A stretch of DNA of 64,000 nt from Actinophytocola sp. (GTDB lineage: Bacteria > Actinomycetota > Actinomycetes > Mycobacteriales > Pseudonocardiaceae), in NCBI GenBank assembly GCA_009377385.1, contig WHUD01000009.1, positions 1,345 through 65,344 of the forward strand. Reading direction: 5' to 3'. Made by a program: the position numbers and the translations under genes. Of the stretch, positions 22,057 to 31,881 are shown one piece after another (the stretch's first letter is position 1; the number at the start of each line of letters is the position of its first letter). A model generated the notes under the pieces. It was not told where the DNA came from, did not search any database, and saw only the letters and a program-made list of their open reading frames with translations.

Positions 22057-23445
22057 ATGACGACGTCCCCGCACACGCGCCCCGGCATGGAGGCGCACGC
22101 GGTCCAGGACAGCATCACGGGCAGCATCGCCGACAGCCGTCCGCTGCGGGCGGCCGCGTCTCCGGTGACGGGCGATGGCGCGGCGCTGCACGCGATCTCG
22201 GACGCCGCGCTCGACGGGCTGATTACCCCCGACGGCGTGACCATGTCGTCTGTGGCTGACATCGGCGCTGGGCGCGGACCGGAGTGGCTGGACCGCTGGC
22301 TCGCGACGAACTCCGCCGACGTTGTCGCGTGGCGCAGACACATCCACGCCAGTCCTGAGCTGGCCCGTCGCGAGTACGGCACCACCGAGCTGGTGGTGCG
22401 GGTGCTGCGCTCCATCGGGCTGAAGCCCTGGGTGTTGCCGCACGGCACCGGGGTCGTCTGCGACATCGGCGATGGCGAACGGTGCGTCGCGCTGCGCGCG
22501 GACATGGACGCGCTGCCGGTCACCGAGGCGACCGGGCTGCCGTTCGCCTCGGCGGTCGATGGCGTGGCCCATGCCTGCGGCCACGACGCGCACACCGCGA
22601 TCCTGCTCGCCACGGCGTCCGCGCTGGTCGCCGCGCCGTCGCTACCGGGGAGGGTGCGGCTCCTTTTCCAGCCCGCCGAGGAGGTCATGCCAGGCGGGGC
22701 GCTCGACACCATCGCCGCCGATGCGCTCGACGGCGTCGACCGGATCTTCGGCCTGCACTGCGACCCCCGGCTGCCCGTCGGCAAGGTCGGCACGCGGGTC
22801 GGCGCGATCACATCGGCCGCCGACCTGGTCGAGCTGAGCCTGACGTCGCCGGGCGGGCACACCTCGCGCCCGCACCTGACCGCTGACCTGGTGCACGCGC
22901 TCGGTTCCGTGATCACCGGACTGCCGGCGCTGATCTCGCGCCGGGTCGACCCCCGGTCCGGCACGGTGCTGGTGTGGGGGGCGGTGCACGCTGGCGAGGC
23001 GCCGAACGCTGTGCCGGAGGACGGCACCCTGCTCGGCACCCTCCGCACGGCGGATATCGACGTCTGGCGTGAGCTGGAGCCGTTGGTCGGCGCGTCGATC
23101 GAGTCGCTGCTCGCGCCTACCGGTGTCGGGTACTCGCTGAACTACCGGCGCGGCGTGCCGCCCGTCGTCTGTGACGCCGTGAGCACCGGATTCCTGCGCG
23201 ATGCCGTCGTGGCCGCGCTGGGTCAGGACGCCAACGCCACCACGGAGCAGTCCTCCGGCGGCGAGGACTTCGGCTGGTACCTGGAGCACGTCGACGGCGC
23301 GTTCGCCCGCCTTGGCGTCTGGCAGGGCGAAGGCCCGCAGCGCGACCTCCACCAGGGCACCTTCGAGCTGGACGAGCGCGCCCTCCCGGTCGGCGTCCGG
23401 CTGATGGTCCACACCGCCCTCGCCGCCCTGACTGCCTCCGGCTGA
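22057..23445 (+). CDS. M20 family amidohydrolase
   Basis: RRHIHASPEL, LRADMDAL, HACGHD, FQPAEE, GGEDF. Exact start uncertain. Confidence 0.9.
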   Translation: MTTSPHTRPGMEAHAVQDSITGSIADSRPLRAAASPVTGDGAALHAISDAALDGLITPDGVTMSSVADIGAGRGPEWLDRWLATNSADVVAWRRHIHASPELARREYGTTELVVRVLRSIGLKPWVLPHGTGVVCDIGDGERCVALRADMDALPVTEATGLPFASAVDGVAHACGHDAHTAILLATASALVAAPSLPGRVRLLFQPAEEVMPGGALDTIAADALDGVDRIFGLHCDPRLPVGKVGTRVGAITSAADLVELSLTSPGGHTSRPHLTADLVHALGSVITGLPALISRRVDPRSGTVLVWGAVHAGEAPNAVPEDGTLLGTLRTADIDVWRELEPLVGASIESLLAPTGVGYSLNYRRGVPPVVCDAVSTGFLRDAVVAALGQDANATTEQSSGGEDFGWYLEHVDGAFARLGVWQGEGPQRDLHQGTFELDERALPVGVRLMVHTALAALTASG

Positions 23446-23479
23446 CCGCCGCGGTCGAGGCTGACCCCGGCGGCCGCCC

Positions 23480-23563
23480 TAGCGCCGTGTCCCCCGCCCA
23501 CGACGCCGTGTTCGCCGCTCACGACGCCGTGTTCGTCGTTCGGGTCGCCGTGTTCGCCGCTCA
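23480..23563. repeat. Tandem array of four 21-bp units (left arm flanking DUF559 gene)
   Basis: TAGCGCCGTGTCCCCCGCCCA / CGACGCCGTGTTCGCCGCTCA / CGACGCCGTGTTCGTCGTTCG / GGTCGCCGTGTTCGCCGCTCA; the last TCA is the stop codon of the nuclease gene. Confidence 0.85.
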
Positions 23564-24469
23564 CGCCACGTCGACTACGTAGCCGCGTGTCCGCATCGCC
23601 TCAGTCACCGCTGTGATCAGCCGGGACGAGTCGCGCAGATCATCGGCGGTGGCGTGGATGACGGTCCAGCCCCTGCGGCGGAGATCGGCGTCCCGCGCGG
23701 CATCCTGGACAGCGCGCAACTCGTGCGCCGTGAAGCCGTCGTACTCGACCGCCACGCGGAACGCCGGCCAGGCGAAGTCGAGCCGGTAGATCTCGTTGCC
23801 GTCGATGTCGGTGATGCTGACCTGCTGCTCCGGGATCGGCAGCCCACCCTCGACGAGGCCGAGCAACGTCCAGCTCTCGGCGGGTGACTCCGAGTCGCCG
23901 CGTGCTAGATCGAGCAGCTCGGTGGCTTGCAGCGTGCCGCGACGGTCCCGGCGCGAACGGATCCGTTCGCCGATGGTCGTACGGAGTGCGTCACGCTCGC
24001 CGTGGGGAACGCTCGCGAGCACCTGGTCCGCGCACGCGATCGCCGTGCGCCGCGAACCCCGACAGAGGACCTCAGTCAGAGCATGCGGCAGCATGACCGT
24101 GCGCAGTCCCGCGACGTGCTCGGTGTCGTAGTCGATCAGGTGGTTGTGGTGGACCGCGACGTCGGTGCGTCGGCGTCGTTTGCAGGGATACGGCAGCAGC
24201 AGGTGGATCGGCGCGGCGTCGGCGGCGGTGATGCCCCGAACGACGAGCGCACTGTGGCTGCTCAGCGCGGCATTCGGTCCGGCAGCGAGCAGCGCGGCCG
24301 CGGCGCGACACCGGAACTCGGTCGCCCGGCGCGGGTCGATCAGCACGTCGCGGGAGTACGCCTTCAACCGCCCGGTGCGGACGGCGGTACGCATCGCTCG
24401 CGGGCCGATGTGCTGGGCAAGTCCGGCGCGAGTGTGGGCTCCATACAGGCCCTCGGGTAAGACGTCCAT
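23561..24469 (-). CDS. DUF559/Vsr-like PD-(D/E)xK endonuclease-domain protein with AbiEi-like N-terminal region
   Basis: SESPAES, PEQQ, RLDFAWP, VAVEYDG..H, D..RD..L...GW.V motifs; N-terminal AALSSHSA and GLRTV segments. Confidence 0.85.
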   Translation of the reverse strand: MDVLPEGLYGAHTRAGLAQHIGPRAMRTAVRTGRLKAYSRDVLIDPRRATEFRCRAAAALLAAGPNAALSSHSALVVRGITAADAAPIHLLLPYPCKRRRRTDVAVHHNHLIDYDTEHVAGLRTVMLPHALTEVLCRGSRRTAIACADQVLASVPHGERDALRTTIGERIRSRRDRRGTLQATELLDLARGDSESPAESWTLLGLVEGGLPIPEQQVSITDIDGNEIYRLDFAWPAFRVAVEYDGFTAHELRAVQDAARDADLRRRGWTVIHATADDLRDSSRLITAVTEAMRTRGYVVDVA

Positions 24470-24537
24470 GCCGTAAAGCCTGGCCGCGCAACGCCACCAC
24501 GTGAACAACATAACGAAGGCTGTGGACTACTCACAGC

Positions 24538-24546
24538 TGTGGATAA
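24538..24546. promoter_or_regulatory. Perfect DnaA-box-type 9-mer upstream of DUF559 gene
   Basis: TGTGGATAA (= TTATCCACA on minus strand); degenerate copy TGTGGACTA at 24521-24529. Function unproven. Confidence 0.45.
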
Positions 24547-24561
24547 CGCAGCGCACTACCG

Positions 24562-24705
24562 GGAGGGGCGAACACGGCGTCGGGAACGCAGAAGACGACG
24601 TCACAGACGGGGGACACGACGTCGAGAGCGGGGGACACGACGTCGCGAGTGGGGGACACGACGTCGCGAGTGGGGGACACGACGTCGAGAGCGGGGGACA
24701 CGACG
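24562..24705. repeat. Tandem array of about seven 21-bp units (right arm, inverted relative to left arm)
   Basis: Consensus NGAGYGGGGGACACGACGTCG; its reverse complement CGACGTCGTGTCCCCCRCTCN matches the left array. Confidence 0.9.
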
Positions 24706-24811
24706 CGGACGGAAAACCCCGCCGGTGGTGCCATTCGCGGGCCGTCAGTGGCAGCCCGCCGCAGCACCCCGCTGCCAGGGGCAGCACGCCGCACCCGCCG
24801 CTGGCGGAGCC

Positions 24812-25264
24812 TCAGGGGCCGATGCCGATGCAGGGGCGGGTGCGTAGGTCGGACACGTAGTCGGCGGGAGCGCCCGCGGCCTCTGCCGCGTCCGCCAGCA
24901 CCCCGAGGTAGCGCGCGGAGGGCAGCCCGCCCTCATAGGCGTCCAGCACGTACAGCCACGCAAGAACGGGACCCTCCAGCGTCTGCACCCGCAGTCTGAT
25001 CTTGTTGTGTAGGAACAGCTCGTCGCCTTCCCAGCGGTCGAGGCCCTTCTCATCAGCGGCGTTGACGTCGTAGAGCACCACGAACACCCGCGACTGACGG
25101 TCCTCGACGATGGTGGCCAGCGCGCCTTCCCAGCCGATGTCCTCGCCGCCGAAAGTGAGTCGCCAGCCTTCGAGCCAGCCGGTCCCCGCCATCGGCGAGT
25201 GCGGCGCGCGCTCGGCCATCTGGGCAGGTTCCATGTTGGAGCCGTAGGCAGCATAGAGGGGCAC
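24812..25264 (-). CDS. Gamma-glutamylcyclotransferase family protein
   Basis: YAAYGSNM, LDRWEG; GTG start with TACTAT 7 nt upstream. Confidence 0.88.
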   Translation of the reverse strand: MPLYAAYGSNMEPAQMAERAPHSPMAGTGWLEGWRLTFGGEDIGWEGALATIVEDRQSRVFVVLYDVNAADEKGLDRWEGDELFLHNKIRLRVQTLEGPVLAWLYVLDAYEGGLPSARYLGVLADAAEAAGAPADYVSDLRTRPCIGIGP

Positions 25265-25315
25265 GTCCGAGATAGTAACGTTGTCCGCGCGGTAACACAG
25301 TGAGGAGGCGACCGG

Positions 25316-26719
25316 GTGACGAGGATCGTGATCATGGGTGGCGGCCCGGCAGGCTACGAGGCGGCCTTGGTCGCGGCCCAGCACGGGGCCGACGTCACCG
25401 TCGTCGAACGTGATGGCCTCGGCGGGGCATGCGTGCTCTACGACTGTGTGCCATCCAAGACGTTCATCGCATCCTCCGGCGCGCGGGCGAGCCTGCACGG
25501 CATGGCCGAACTGGGCGTCGGCATCGACGCCGACAAGGTGCGGGTGGAGAACCGGACGGTACACGGCAGGGTGAAGGGCCTCGCGCTCGCACAGTCAGCC
25601 GACATCAGGGCGCGGGTGCAGCGCGAAGGCGTCCGGGTGGTCGCGGGGGCCGCGCGGTTCTGCGACGCGGAGCCCGGCCTCGCCGTGCACGAGGTCGCCG
25701 TCACCAAGGAGGACGGCACTCAGGAGGTGCTGACGGCTGACGTCGCCCTGATCGCGACCGGCGGTACGCCGAGGGTGCTGCCGGGCGCCGTGCCGGACGG
25801 CGAGCGCATCCTCGACTGGCGCCAGCTCTACGACCTCCCCGAGCTGCCGGAACACCTCGTCGTCATCGGTTCCGGTGTCACCGGCGCCGAGTTCGCCTCC
25901 GCATACACCGAGCTGGGCGTGAAGGTCACCGTCGTCTCCAGCCGGGACCGCATCCTGCCGCACGAGGACGCCGACGCCGCCGCCGTGCTCGAGGAGGTCT
26001 TCAGCCACCACGGCGCGACGCTCGCCAAGCACGCCCGCGCGGACCGGGTCGACCGCACCGACAACGGCGTCCTGGTTCACCTGACCGACGGACGCGTGAT
26101 CGAGGCGAGCCACGCGCTGATGACCGTCGGATCGGTACCGAACACCGAGGACATCGGCCTCGACACCGTGGGCGTTGAGACCACCAAGGGCGGCCACATC
26201 CCGGTCGACCGGGTGTCGCGCACCAAGGTCTCCGGCATCTACGCGGCTGGCGACTGCACTGGCGTACTGCCGCTGGCGTCGGTGGCGAGCATGCAGGGCC
26301 GCATCGCGATGTGGCACGCGCTCGGCGAGGGCGTCAGCCCGATCAAGCTCAAGACCGTCGCCGCGAACGTGTTCACCCATCCGGAGATCGCCACCGTCGG
26401 CATCAGCCAGTCCGCGATCGACGCCGGTGAGGTGCCTGCCCGCACCATCATGCTGCCGCTGTCGACCAACGCGCGCGCGAAGATGGAGGGCGTGCGGCAC
26501 GGCTTCGTGAAGCTGTTCTGCCGCCCGGCGACCGGCGTCGTCATCGGCGGCGTCGTGGTCGCGCCGACGGCGAGCGAGCTGATCCTGCCGATCGCGCTCG
26601 CGGTGCAGCACCAGCTCACCGTGGACCACCTCGCGCTGACGTTCTCGGTGTACCCGTCGCTGTCCGGGTCGATCACCGAGGCGGGCCGTCAGCTGATGCG
26701 CCACGACGACCTCGACTAG
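25316..26719 (+). CDS. lpdA: NAD(P)H-quinone dehydrogenase (actinobacterial LpdA)
   Basis: GGGPAG, GGACVLYDCVPSK, GSGVTG, YAAGD, SVYPSLSGS (lacks the His-Glu pair of true lipoamide dehydrogenase). Confidence 0.9.
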   Translation: MTRIVIMGGGPAGYEAALVAAQHGADVTVVERDGLGGACVLYDCVPSKTFIASSGARASLHGMAELGVGIDADKVRVENRTVHGRVKGLALAQSADIRARVQREGVRVVAGAARFCDAEPGLAVHEVAVTKEDGTQEVLTADVALIATGGTPRVLPGAVPDGERILDWRQLYDLPELPEHLVVIGSGVTGAEFASAYTELGVKVTVVSSRDRILPHEDADAAAVLEEVFSHHGATLAKHARADRVDRTDNGVLVHLTDGRVIEASHALMTVGSVPNTEDIGLDTVGVETTKGGHIPVDRVSRTKVSGIYAAGDCTGVLPLASVASMQGRIAMWHALGEGVSPIKLKTVAANVFTHPEIATVGISQSAIDAGEVPARTIMLPLSTNARAKMEGVRHGFVKLFCRPATGVVIGGVVVAPTASELILPIALAVQHQLTVDHLALTFSVYPSLSGSITEAGRQLMRHDDLD

Positions 26720-26826
26720 CGAGTTGCCGTTGCGGCGTGCCACTGATGCGTGTCGGTGATCTGCACCAGGGAGCGGATCCTGCCGTCCTGGATCCGGAGA
26801 TCGTGCGCGAACGCCGCCGCGAACTG
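26716..26826 (-). pseudogene. C-terminal remnant of SnoaL/NTF2-like protein
   Basis: Minus-strand frame reads QFAAAFAHDLRIQDGRIRSLVQITDTHQWHAATATR*, typical of a SnoaL-like C-terminus. No matching N-terminus. Confidence 0.55.
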
Positions 26827-26829
26827 AGC

Positions 26830-27177
26830 GTCCAGCAGGCAGTCGCGGCGACGGCGTGGGTCGTGGATTGGTGCCGCGCCAATCTGCCAGCCGCGCTCGT
26901 GATCCATGCCGGCGTACGCACCTTCGAGCCGGACAACTGGCCCGACGAGGCGCGTTCCCGATTGGCGACCTTGGACGCCGAACTCGAACGCTTCACCGGG
27001 GAACTCATCGCGGCGCTGACTGACGCGACCGGATTGCCACGCGACGAGATCGCCTTCGTGCTCTTCGACCTGCCCCTGGCCGCCACGCGCCGGCACCTGC
27101 TCAGCCAGGAACCACCAGATCCCGGGACCACCGAACTCGTGCGCAGCCTCGCCACCCGGCTCCTGGCGGCCGGGTAG
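26830..27177 (+). pseudogene. C-terminal remnant of TetR family regulator (HTH missing)
   Basis: AVAATAWVVDWCRANLPAA...FDLPLAATRRHL...LVRSLATRLL resembles a TetR ligand domain. The ORF-track N-terminus is only the antisense of the SnoaL remnant. Confidence 0.5.
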
Positions 27178-27228
27178 CCCGCTTCCGTGACACCATCGAC
27201 CTGGATCCCACGGCGAGAGGAGGGCGTG

Positions 27229-28953
27229 GTGCCGGGTGATGGTCCGACCGTCGGCCGCCTTGGCGTGGCCGAACGCGAGCAGGCGTGGCAGCGCCTCGGG
27301 ACGGATGACTACGACCTCGTCGTCATCGGTGGCGGCGTCGTCGGCGCGGGGACAGCGCTCGACGCCGCGACGCGCGGGCTGCGCGTGGCGCTGGTGGAGG
27401 CGCGCGACCTCGCGGCTGGTACGTCGAGTCGGTCGAGCAAGCTGTTCCACGGCGGGCTGCGGTACCTGGAGCAACTGGAGTTCTCGCTGGTGCGCGAGGC
27501 CTTGGCGGAGCGGGAGTTGATGCTCACCCGGCTCGCGCCGCACCTGGTGAAACCGGTCAGCTTCCTCTACCCGCTCAGCCACCGGATCTGGGAGCGCCCG
27601 TATACCGCTGCCGGGCTGTTCCTCTACGACCGCATGGGCGGCGCGCGCTCGGTGCCCGGCCAGAAACACCTGACGAAAGCCGGTGCGCTGCGGATGGTGC
27701 CCGCACTCAAGCGGGACGCGCTGATCGGCGGCATCCGCTACTACGACGCCCAGGCCGACGACGCCCGCCACACCATGATGCTCGCCCGTACTGCGGCGCA
27801 CTACGGCGCGGTGGTCCGCACGTCGACGCAGGTGGTGAGCTTCCAGCACGAGGCGGACCGGGTGTCAGGCGTGCGGGTGCGCGACGTCGAGGACGGCCGT
27901 GAGGTCGACGTCTCGGCCGGTGCGGTGATCAACTGCACCGGCGTGTGGACCGACGAGCTGCAGGGGATGTCCGGCAGCAGGGGCCGGTTCCGGGTGCGGG
28001 CAAGCAAGGGCGTGCATGTGGTCGTGCCGCGCGATCGGATCGCGTCGGACTCCGGGCTGATTCTGCGCACCGCGACGTCGGTGCTGTTCGTGATCCCGTG
28101 GCGGTCACACTGGATCATCGGCACCACCGACACCGACTGGAACCTCGACCTCGCCCATCCAGCAGCCACCAAGGCCGACATCGACTACCTGCTCGACCAG
28201 GTCAACTCGGTGCTCACGACGCCGCTGACCCAGGACGACATCGAAGGCGTCTACGCCGGGCTGCGTCCGTTGCTGGCAGGCGAGAGCGAGGAGACGTCGA
28301 AGCTGTCGCGGGAGCACGCCGTCGCCCGGCCCGCGCCGGGGCTGGTCGCGATCGCGGGCGGCAAGTACACCACGTACCGGGTGATGGCGGCAGACGCCGT
28401 CGACGCCGCCGCGAACGACCTGCCGGGCAGGCCACAGCCGTCCATCACTGACAAGGTGCCGCTGCTCGGCGCGGACGGCTACCACGCGCTGGTCAACCAG
28501 GTCGACCACCTGGCAGGCAGGCACGGGCTGCATCCGTACCGGCTGCGGCACCTGCTCGACCGGTACGGCTCGCTGGTGCACGAGGTGCTCGGGCTGGCCG
28601 ATGGCCGGCCCGACCTGCTGCGTCCGATCTCCGGCGCACCGGACTATCTCCGCGTCGAGGCGGTGTACGCGGCCAGCTACGAGGGCGCGCTGCACCTGGA
28701 CGACGTCCTGGCACGGCGGATGCGGGTGTCGATCGAGTACCCGCATCGGGGCGTCGACAGCGCCCGTGAGGTGGCGGAGCTTGTCGGCGGGGTGCTCGGC
28801 TGGTCGGAGGACACCATCGCGCGCGAGGTCGACGTCTTCACGGCGCGGGTCGCCGCCGAGCGCGACGCCCAGCAGCAGCCGAGCGACGAGGCGGCGGACA
28901 AGCGCCGTCGCGCGGCGCCTGACGCCAGGGCGGGGATCGTCACACCGGAGTGA
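27229..28953 (+). CDS. glpD: Glycerol-3-phosphate dehydrogenase/oxidase
   Basis: IGGGVVG, GTSSRSSKLFHGGLRYL, GTTD, AGLRPL, GGKYTTYR; RBS GAGGAGG. Confidence 0.93.
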   Translation: MPGDGPTVGRLGVAEREQAWQRLGTDDYDLVVIGGGVVGAGTALDAATRGLRVALVEARDLAAGTSSRSSKLFHGGLRYLEQLEFSLVREALAERELMLTRLAPHLVKPVSFLYPLSHRIWERPYTAAGLFLYDRMGGARSVPGQKHLTKAGALRMVPALKRDALIGGIRYYDAQADDARHTMMLARTAAHYGAVVRTSTQVVSFQHEADRVSGVRVRDVEDGREVDVSAGAVINCTGVWTDELQGMSGSRGRFRVRASKGVHVVVPRDRIASDSGLILRTATSVLFVIPWRSHWIIGTTDTDWNLDLAHPAATKADIDYLLDQVNSVLTTPLTQDDIEGVYAGLRPLLAGESEETSKLSREHAVARPAPGLVAIAGGKYTTYRVMAADAVDAAANDLPGRPQPSITDKVPLLGADGYHALVNQVDHLAGRHGLHPYRLRHLLDRYGSLVHEVLGLADGRPDLLRPISGAPDYLRVEAVYAASYEGALHLDDVLARRMRVSIEYPHRGVDSAREVAELVGGVLGWSEDTIAREVDVFTARVAAERDAQQQPSDEAADKRRRAAPDARAGIVTPE

Positions 28954-29413
28954 CGCTCCAGTGCACCTGACCCTCCGCCGAGCCGTCGCGGCTGAACCCG
29001 CAACGGTGCGCCAGCGCCACGGCCGCCGCGTCGTCCTCGGCGCAGACCGCGTCCACCCGCGAGAGGTCGAGCGCGCCGAAGCCGAACCGGAGCACGGTGC
29101 TCACGGCGGTGGCCGCGACACCCTGACGACGCGCGTCAGGATGTGTCCACGCCGTCAGGTGCGCGGTGGCGTCGTCCAACTCCAGCCGGACCTCGCCGAT
29201 CAGCGTGCCGGTGGTCAGTTCCGCGACGGCCCAGGTGTAGTGGTCGTCGTCGCGCCAGCCAGCCGCACGAGCCTCAATGTAGGCGGTCGCGTCCGCATGT
29301 GTGCGTACGCTCTCCGGCAGCGCGGTCAGCAGGGCGGGCCGGTCGTCGAGACGGTCATCAGCACGGAACTGGCGCAGGTAGTGGGTGCCCGCGTTGATCT
29401 CGATCGGTTCCAC
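28940..29413 (-). CDS. GNAT family N-acetyltransferase (RimJ/RimL-like)
   Basis: THPDARRQGVA acetyl-CoA motif, ALAHRCGF. Confidence 0.85.
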   Translation of the reverse strand: MEPIEINAGTHYLRQFRADDRLDDRPALLTALPESVRTHADATAYIEARAAGWRDDDHYTWAVAELTTGTLIGEVRLELDDATAHLTAWTHPDARRQGVAATAVSTVLRFGFGALDLSRVDAVCAEDDAAAVALAHRCGFSRDGSAEGQVHWSVTPV

Positions 29414-29842
29414 TCAACCCCTGCCCGGCCAGCAACGTCCACTGCACGCGCCCGCGATCAACAGCACGACGGGAATCACCAGCAGCGGGAACATGCCCCG
29501 CGACACCAGCAGCAGTCCGATAGCCACGGCGATCGCGATCGGCACGACGCCCACCGGCGGCCCCGAGCGGCGACGTCGCGGTTCCCTGCGTCGCCTCGGC
29601 TCCAGTCGCTCCGGCTCCGGTGGCGACGGCAGCTGCTCCCGCAGCATCGCTGGACGTGGCTCCGGCAAGTCGGTGAACAGCGTGACCAACTCGCCGCGAG
29701 TCTTGGCCGCAGTGGCACGGGCGGTGCGGTCGCCGTACTCGTCGATGTCCAGCCTGCCGTCCCGCATGTGCTCGCCGAGCGCTTCAATCGCTTCCTCGCG
29801 CTCGGCATCGCTGATCCGGAACTCGGGACGCTCTACGGTCAC
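29414..29842 (-). CDS. DUF1707 (SHOCT-like) membrane protein
   Basis: RISDAERE...GRLDIDEYGDR...AKTRGELVTLFTDLP plus C-terminal TM hairpin. Confidence 0.88.
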   Translation of the reverse strand: MTVERPEFRISDAEREEAIEALGEHMRDGRLDIDEYGDRTARATAAKTRGELVTLFTDLPEPRPAMLREQLPSPPEPERLEPRRRREPRRRRSGPPVGVVPIAIAVAIGLLLVSRGMFPLLVIPVVLLIAGACSGRCWPGRG

Positions 29843-29871
29843 ACCTCGATGGTACGGCTTTCCGCGTGCGC

Positions 29872-31665
29872 TTAGTCCTTGATTTCGAACAACACGGCGC
29901 CCTGGCTGACCGAAGAGCCGATCTCGCAGGAGAGCCCGGTGATGGTGCCGGACTTGTGGGCGTTGACCGGGTTCTCCATCTTCATCGCCTCAAGGACGAC
30001 GACGAGTTCGCCCTCCTCGACCTGCTGGCCGTCCTCGATCGGCAGCTTCACGATCGTGCCCTGCATCGGCGCGGTCACCGCGTCCCCGGACACGGTGGCC
30101 TTCTTCCCGCCTGCGCGCTTGCGCGGCTTGGCCTTCGCGGCGCCGTTGCCGGGGTTTCCGCCGCCGAGCGCGAGGTCGCCGGGCAGCGACACCTCGAGCC
30201 GCCTGCCACCGACCTCGACCACGACGGTTTGCCGCTCAGCCTGCTCCTCGTCGGCAGGCTCGCCGCCGGTGAACGGTTCGACGGTGTTCTCCCACTCGGT
30301 CTCGATCCAGCGGGTGTGCACCATGAAGCCGTCCTCTGCGGTGAACGCCGGATCGCGCACGATCACGCGGTGGAACGGCAGCACCGTGGCCAGGCCATCG
30401 GCGACCATCTCGTCCAGCGCGCGGCGGCTGCGCTCAAGCGCGTTCTGCCGGTCGGAGCCGGTGACGATCAGCTTCGCCAGCATCGAGTCGAACTGCCCGC
30501 CGATCACGCTGCCGTCCTCGACACCGGCGTCGACCCGCACGCCGGGTCCGCTCGGCGCGACGAACCGCGTGACGGTGCCTGGCGCTGGGAGGAAGTTGCG
30601 GCCGGCGTCCTCGCCGTTGATGCGAAACTCGATCGAGTGGCCGCGCGGCTCGGGGTCCTCGGTGAACCGCAGCTTCTCGCCCGCCGCGATGCGGAACTGC
30701 TCGCGGACAAGGTCGATGCCGGTGGTCTCCTCGGACACCGGGTGCTCGACCTGGAGCCGGGTGTTGACCTCAAGGAAAGAGATGGTGCCGTCCTGGCCGA
30801 CCAGGTACTCGACGGTGCCAGCACCGGAGTAGCCCGCCTCCTTGCAGATGGCCTTGGCCGAGGAGTGGATGCGGTTGCGCTGGTCGTCGGTGAGGAACGG
30901 CGCCGGGGCCTCCTCGACCAGCTTCTGGTGTCTGCGCTGCAGCGAGCAGTCGCGGGTGCCGACGACGATGACGTTGCCGTGTTTGTCGGCGAGCACCTGC
31001 GCCTCGACGTGGCGCGGCCGGTCCAGGTAGCGCTCAACGAAGCATTCGCCGCGTCCGAACGCCGAGACCGCCTCGCGGGTGGCCGACTCGAACAGCTCGG
31101 GGATCTCCTCGATGGTGCGCGCGACCTTGAGTCCGCGCCCGCCGCCGCCGAACGCAGCCTTGATCGCGACCGGGACGCCGTGCTGCTTGGCGAACTCGAC
31201 GATCTCGTCGGCGGACTCCGCCGGGTCCTTCGTGCCAGGCACCAGCGGCGCGTTGGCGCGCTCGGCGATGTGGCGGGCGGTGACCTTGTCACCGAGGTCG
31301 CGAATGGCCTGCGGCGACGGCCCGATCCAGTTCAGGCCCGCGTCGATGACGGCCTGGGCGAAGTCGGAGTTCTCCGAAAGGAAGCCGTAGCCGGGGTGCA
31401 CCGCGTCGGCGCCGGAGCGCTTGGCGACGTCGAGCAGCTTGTCGAAGACCAGGTAGGACTCGGCGGCTGTGCTGCCACCGAGCGCGAACGCCTCGTCGGC
31501 GAGCCGGACGAACGGCGCGTCCCGGTCAGGGTCGGCGTAGACCGCGACAGTGCCGATTCCGGCGTCCCTGGCGGCGCGAATGACGCGGACGGCGATCTCG
31601 CCCCGGTTCGCGATCAGGATCTTGGTCAGGGACTCGGAACCGGTCGCCGATGCTGTCTCTGGCAC
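29872..31665 (-). CDS. accA3: Acetyl/propionyl-CoA carboxylase alpha subunit (biotin carboxylase + BCCP)
   Basis: [30 protein letters not shown], biotinylation motif EAMKME; RBS AAGGAGG before GTG 31665. Confidence 0.93.
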   Translation of the reverse strand: MPETASATGSESLTKILIANRGEIAVRVIRAARDAGIGTVAVYADPDRDAPFVRLADEAFALGGSTAAESYLVFDKLLDVAKRSGADAVHPGYGFLSENSDFAQAVIDAGLNWIGPSPQAIRDLGDKVTARHIAERANAPLVPGTKDPAESADEIVEFAKQHGVPVAIKAAFGGGGRGLKVARTIEEIPELFESATREAVSAFGRGECFVERYLDRPRHVEAQVLADKHGNVIVVGTRDCSLQRRHQKLVEEAPAPFLTDDQRNRIHSSAKAICKEAGYSGAGTVEYLVGQDGTISFLEVNTRLQVEHPVSEETTGIDLVREQFRIAAGEKLRFTEDPEPRGHSIEFRINGEDAGRNFLPAPGTVTRFVAPSGPGVRVDAGVEDGSVIGGQFDSMLAKLIVTGSDRQNALERSRRALDEMVADGLATVLPFHRVIVRDPAFTAEDGFMVHTRWIETEWENTVEPFTGGEPADEEQAERQTVVVEVGGRRLEVSLPGDLALGGGNPGNGAAKAKPRKRAGGKKATVSGDAVTAPMQGTIVKLPIEDGQQVEEGELVVVLEAMKMENPVNAHKSGTITGLSCEIGSSVSQGAVLFEIKD

Positions 31666-31881
31666 ACCTACCTCCTTCTCGACGGGCCGCCACGGCCTAC
31701 CGGCGTCGTTGCGGGTAAACATGGCCTTGGGGCAGTTTACGGATTCCGCGCGGCTCTGTGAGGAGAGCCGTCTCACGTTTGACTGCGTCAATTGCCATTC
31801 GACGGCCGTGTCTCCAGCGTATTCGAGACGCCGGGACTACAGTCTGTGGTCGATCGATACGGCGAGCACAGGAGGACAGTC

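Noticed and set aside
24521-24546. Replication origin suggested by DnaA box
   Set aside because: Only one perfect box; no dnaA/dnaN, box cluster or AT-rich unwinding region.
24562-24705. Possible CRISPR array
   Set aside because: Units are contiguous 21-bp tandem repeats with no unique spacers, and no cas genes are nearby.
28940-28953. Overlap of convergent glpD and GNAT 3' ends
   Set aside because: Short convergent overlaps are common in high-GC genomes.
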